In this document: one piece after another, positions 62,566-64,000 of the stretch
How positions within the stretch are numbered: the stretch's first letter is position 1
How the letters are laid out: each line of letters starts with the position of its first letter
Assembly: GCA_010093605.1 (NCBI GenBank)
Contig: MU004195.1
Coordinates: 1,441,566 to 1,505,565, forward strand
Direction of reading: 5' to 3'
DNA: 64,000 bases
Source of the DNA: Lophium mytilinum
Lineage: Eukaryota
Position numbers and translations under genes: made by a program
The notes under the pieces: generated by a model
Seen by the model: the letters and a program-made list of their open reading frames with translations, nothing else
Told to the model about the DNA's origin: nothing
The model's database searches: none

Positions 62566-64000
62566 AGCGATTGGTCTCAGCAAGTTAGGTATTAGTGAGA
62601 TGAGATGTTGTTTGCTTGGTTTCAGTTCGTGGATTGAAGACTGTTATGTAGGAAATGGAAGAAAGAAAATAAGCGGGTTCAATCGACGAGTTGGGGTATC
62701 TCGCGTTCCAAGCTTGATATACGGCTGCTGGGAAGTCTGCTGGATTAATATACTGTCGTAGATTGGCTAGAACGTGTGCGCGTACCAAGATATGAGGCTG
62801 TGTCTGAAGCTCGCTGCGTGTAGAACGCCATTTCTCAATGATAGCCCTATCACAATGCGTCTCTATCTATTAGGTCCACTGCGGGTCTACCATTGACTTC
62901 TTGCTAAGTAAACGGCTACGTTGCAACAGGCAGTGCTGGGGTGTTCGTTTCGCGCAATGAACCCGTATAGAAGCATGAAAGCGAGGAATACGAAGATCTT
63001 GGCATGGAGCAGGCGACACCGTTTGGCGAGAACAAGGCACAACTTGCCTGCCTTATGCACAAGGCATTGCGTAAGGCTCAATCTATCAGGCATGCGACAC
63101 GAGAATACGAGAAGACGGAATATGTGGCTGATGTTTCTAGCGCATGACTAGGGATGAACTGCCACAGATCACCCGCAAAGCAATGCAAGTGGGTGTACAC
63201 TAAAGTATGATTGAAATGACTAGGTGGCAAGCAAGATCGGAGGCTGCTTCGTCTTCGAGCATGGCCACGAGGCTTTGAAAGGGAGAAGACGAAGATCAGA
63301 GAAAGCGGTCGTAAAGATCCTCCATTGGAGCTGATTACTTTGTCAACGCTATCCCGGTGGTTAGAAGATGGTATGGACTAGTCCAACAATGGCCACGCGC
63401 ATGTCTTGGCGCAAGATCTCACGGAGACGACCTCCACTCCCCTTCAACCTTTTATCTCAGCATTCGATTGTCCGAAACGCCACAATTTCACCCAAGGCAT
63501 ACTCGACCTTGTGGAGCGCCTCTTGATGTCTGCTGCGGTTAGCCATGCGACTCTACCTCACTTTTTTGCATAAATCCGAGTTATAACCGCTGATGTGATG
63601 GAGAGCTCTAAAGTCACGGGTAATAACCCTGCTCCGGGGTTCGAAGCAATAATGTTAACACTTCTCAGTCGAATATCACGACCCATCAGGAGTATTTCCC
63701 TTGCTGTCATCGCAGCTAACATCCCGCCTGCCGCTTCGCAATCTTCACTGGAAATCTCCGTCGCGTCCACTACGGTCCATTGATTCTCTACATGTGGATC
63801 TCGTGCCTAGCAGCGAGTCTGCCGATGCATCCGCCAACTTGTCGCAGCCAGGCCAAGCCATTGATGGGGATGTTCATCGGCCCAACTCTGAGCATGGACC
63901 ACCCGGTGCTGTAAAATCGCAAACCAGCTCGGAACTTTTGAGAGGCCCAGCGAAGGAGAGGCGTCACCAGATTCCTGGCCTTCGTCGGACCCCGTATCTG

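Noticed and set aside
63558..64000. Possible last exon of a minus-strand gene at the window edge
   Set aside because: Short open frame after a possible acceptor, but no motif and the context is truncated.

Overview
Eukaryotic DNA from a filamentous ascomycete, probably a Dothideomycete. The evidence is short GT-AG introns with CTRAC-type branch sites, a fungal actin gene structure, and HET, RTA1 and Zn2Cys6 genes. About 30 protein genes can be modelled by hand. Core genes are DHR1/ECM16, PAC3, FES1, ACT1, HUS1 and MSS1. Accessory or non-self genes are a HET protein, a HeLo-like protein, F-box-like proteins, a BTB protein and RTA1. A compact six-gene cluster at 24.3-34.6 kb looks like polyol/ketose utilisation (Zn polyol dehydrogenase, two SOU1-like SDRs, a sugar porter, a YFH7-like P-loop kinase and a Zn2Cys6 regulator). 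The most striking unexplained signal is at 49.5 kb. After a ~4 kb gene-free region, a TATA box and a >500 nt ATG-free leader, two separate 24-nt ORFs each encode the identical heptapeptide MGRGGYN and differ only at synonymous sites, suggesting a polycistronic micropeptide gene. Other notable items are a six-copy degenerate 141-162 bp tandem array at 58.2-59.1 kb, a TA-flanked Tc1/mariner-type MITE inside the BTB gene intron, and a GC-AG intron in FES1. All exon models were read by eye and no database searches were run.
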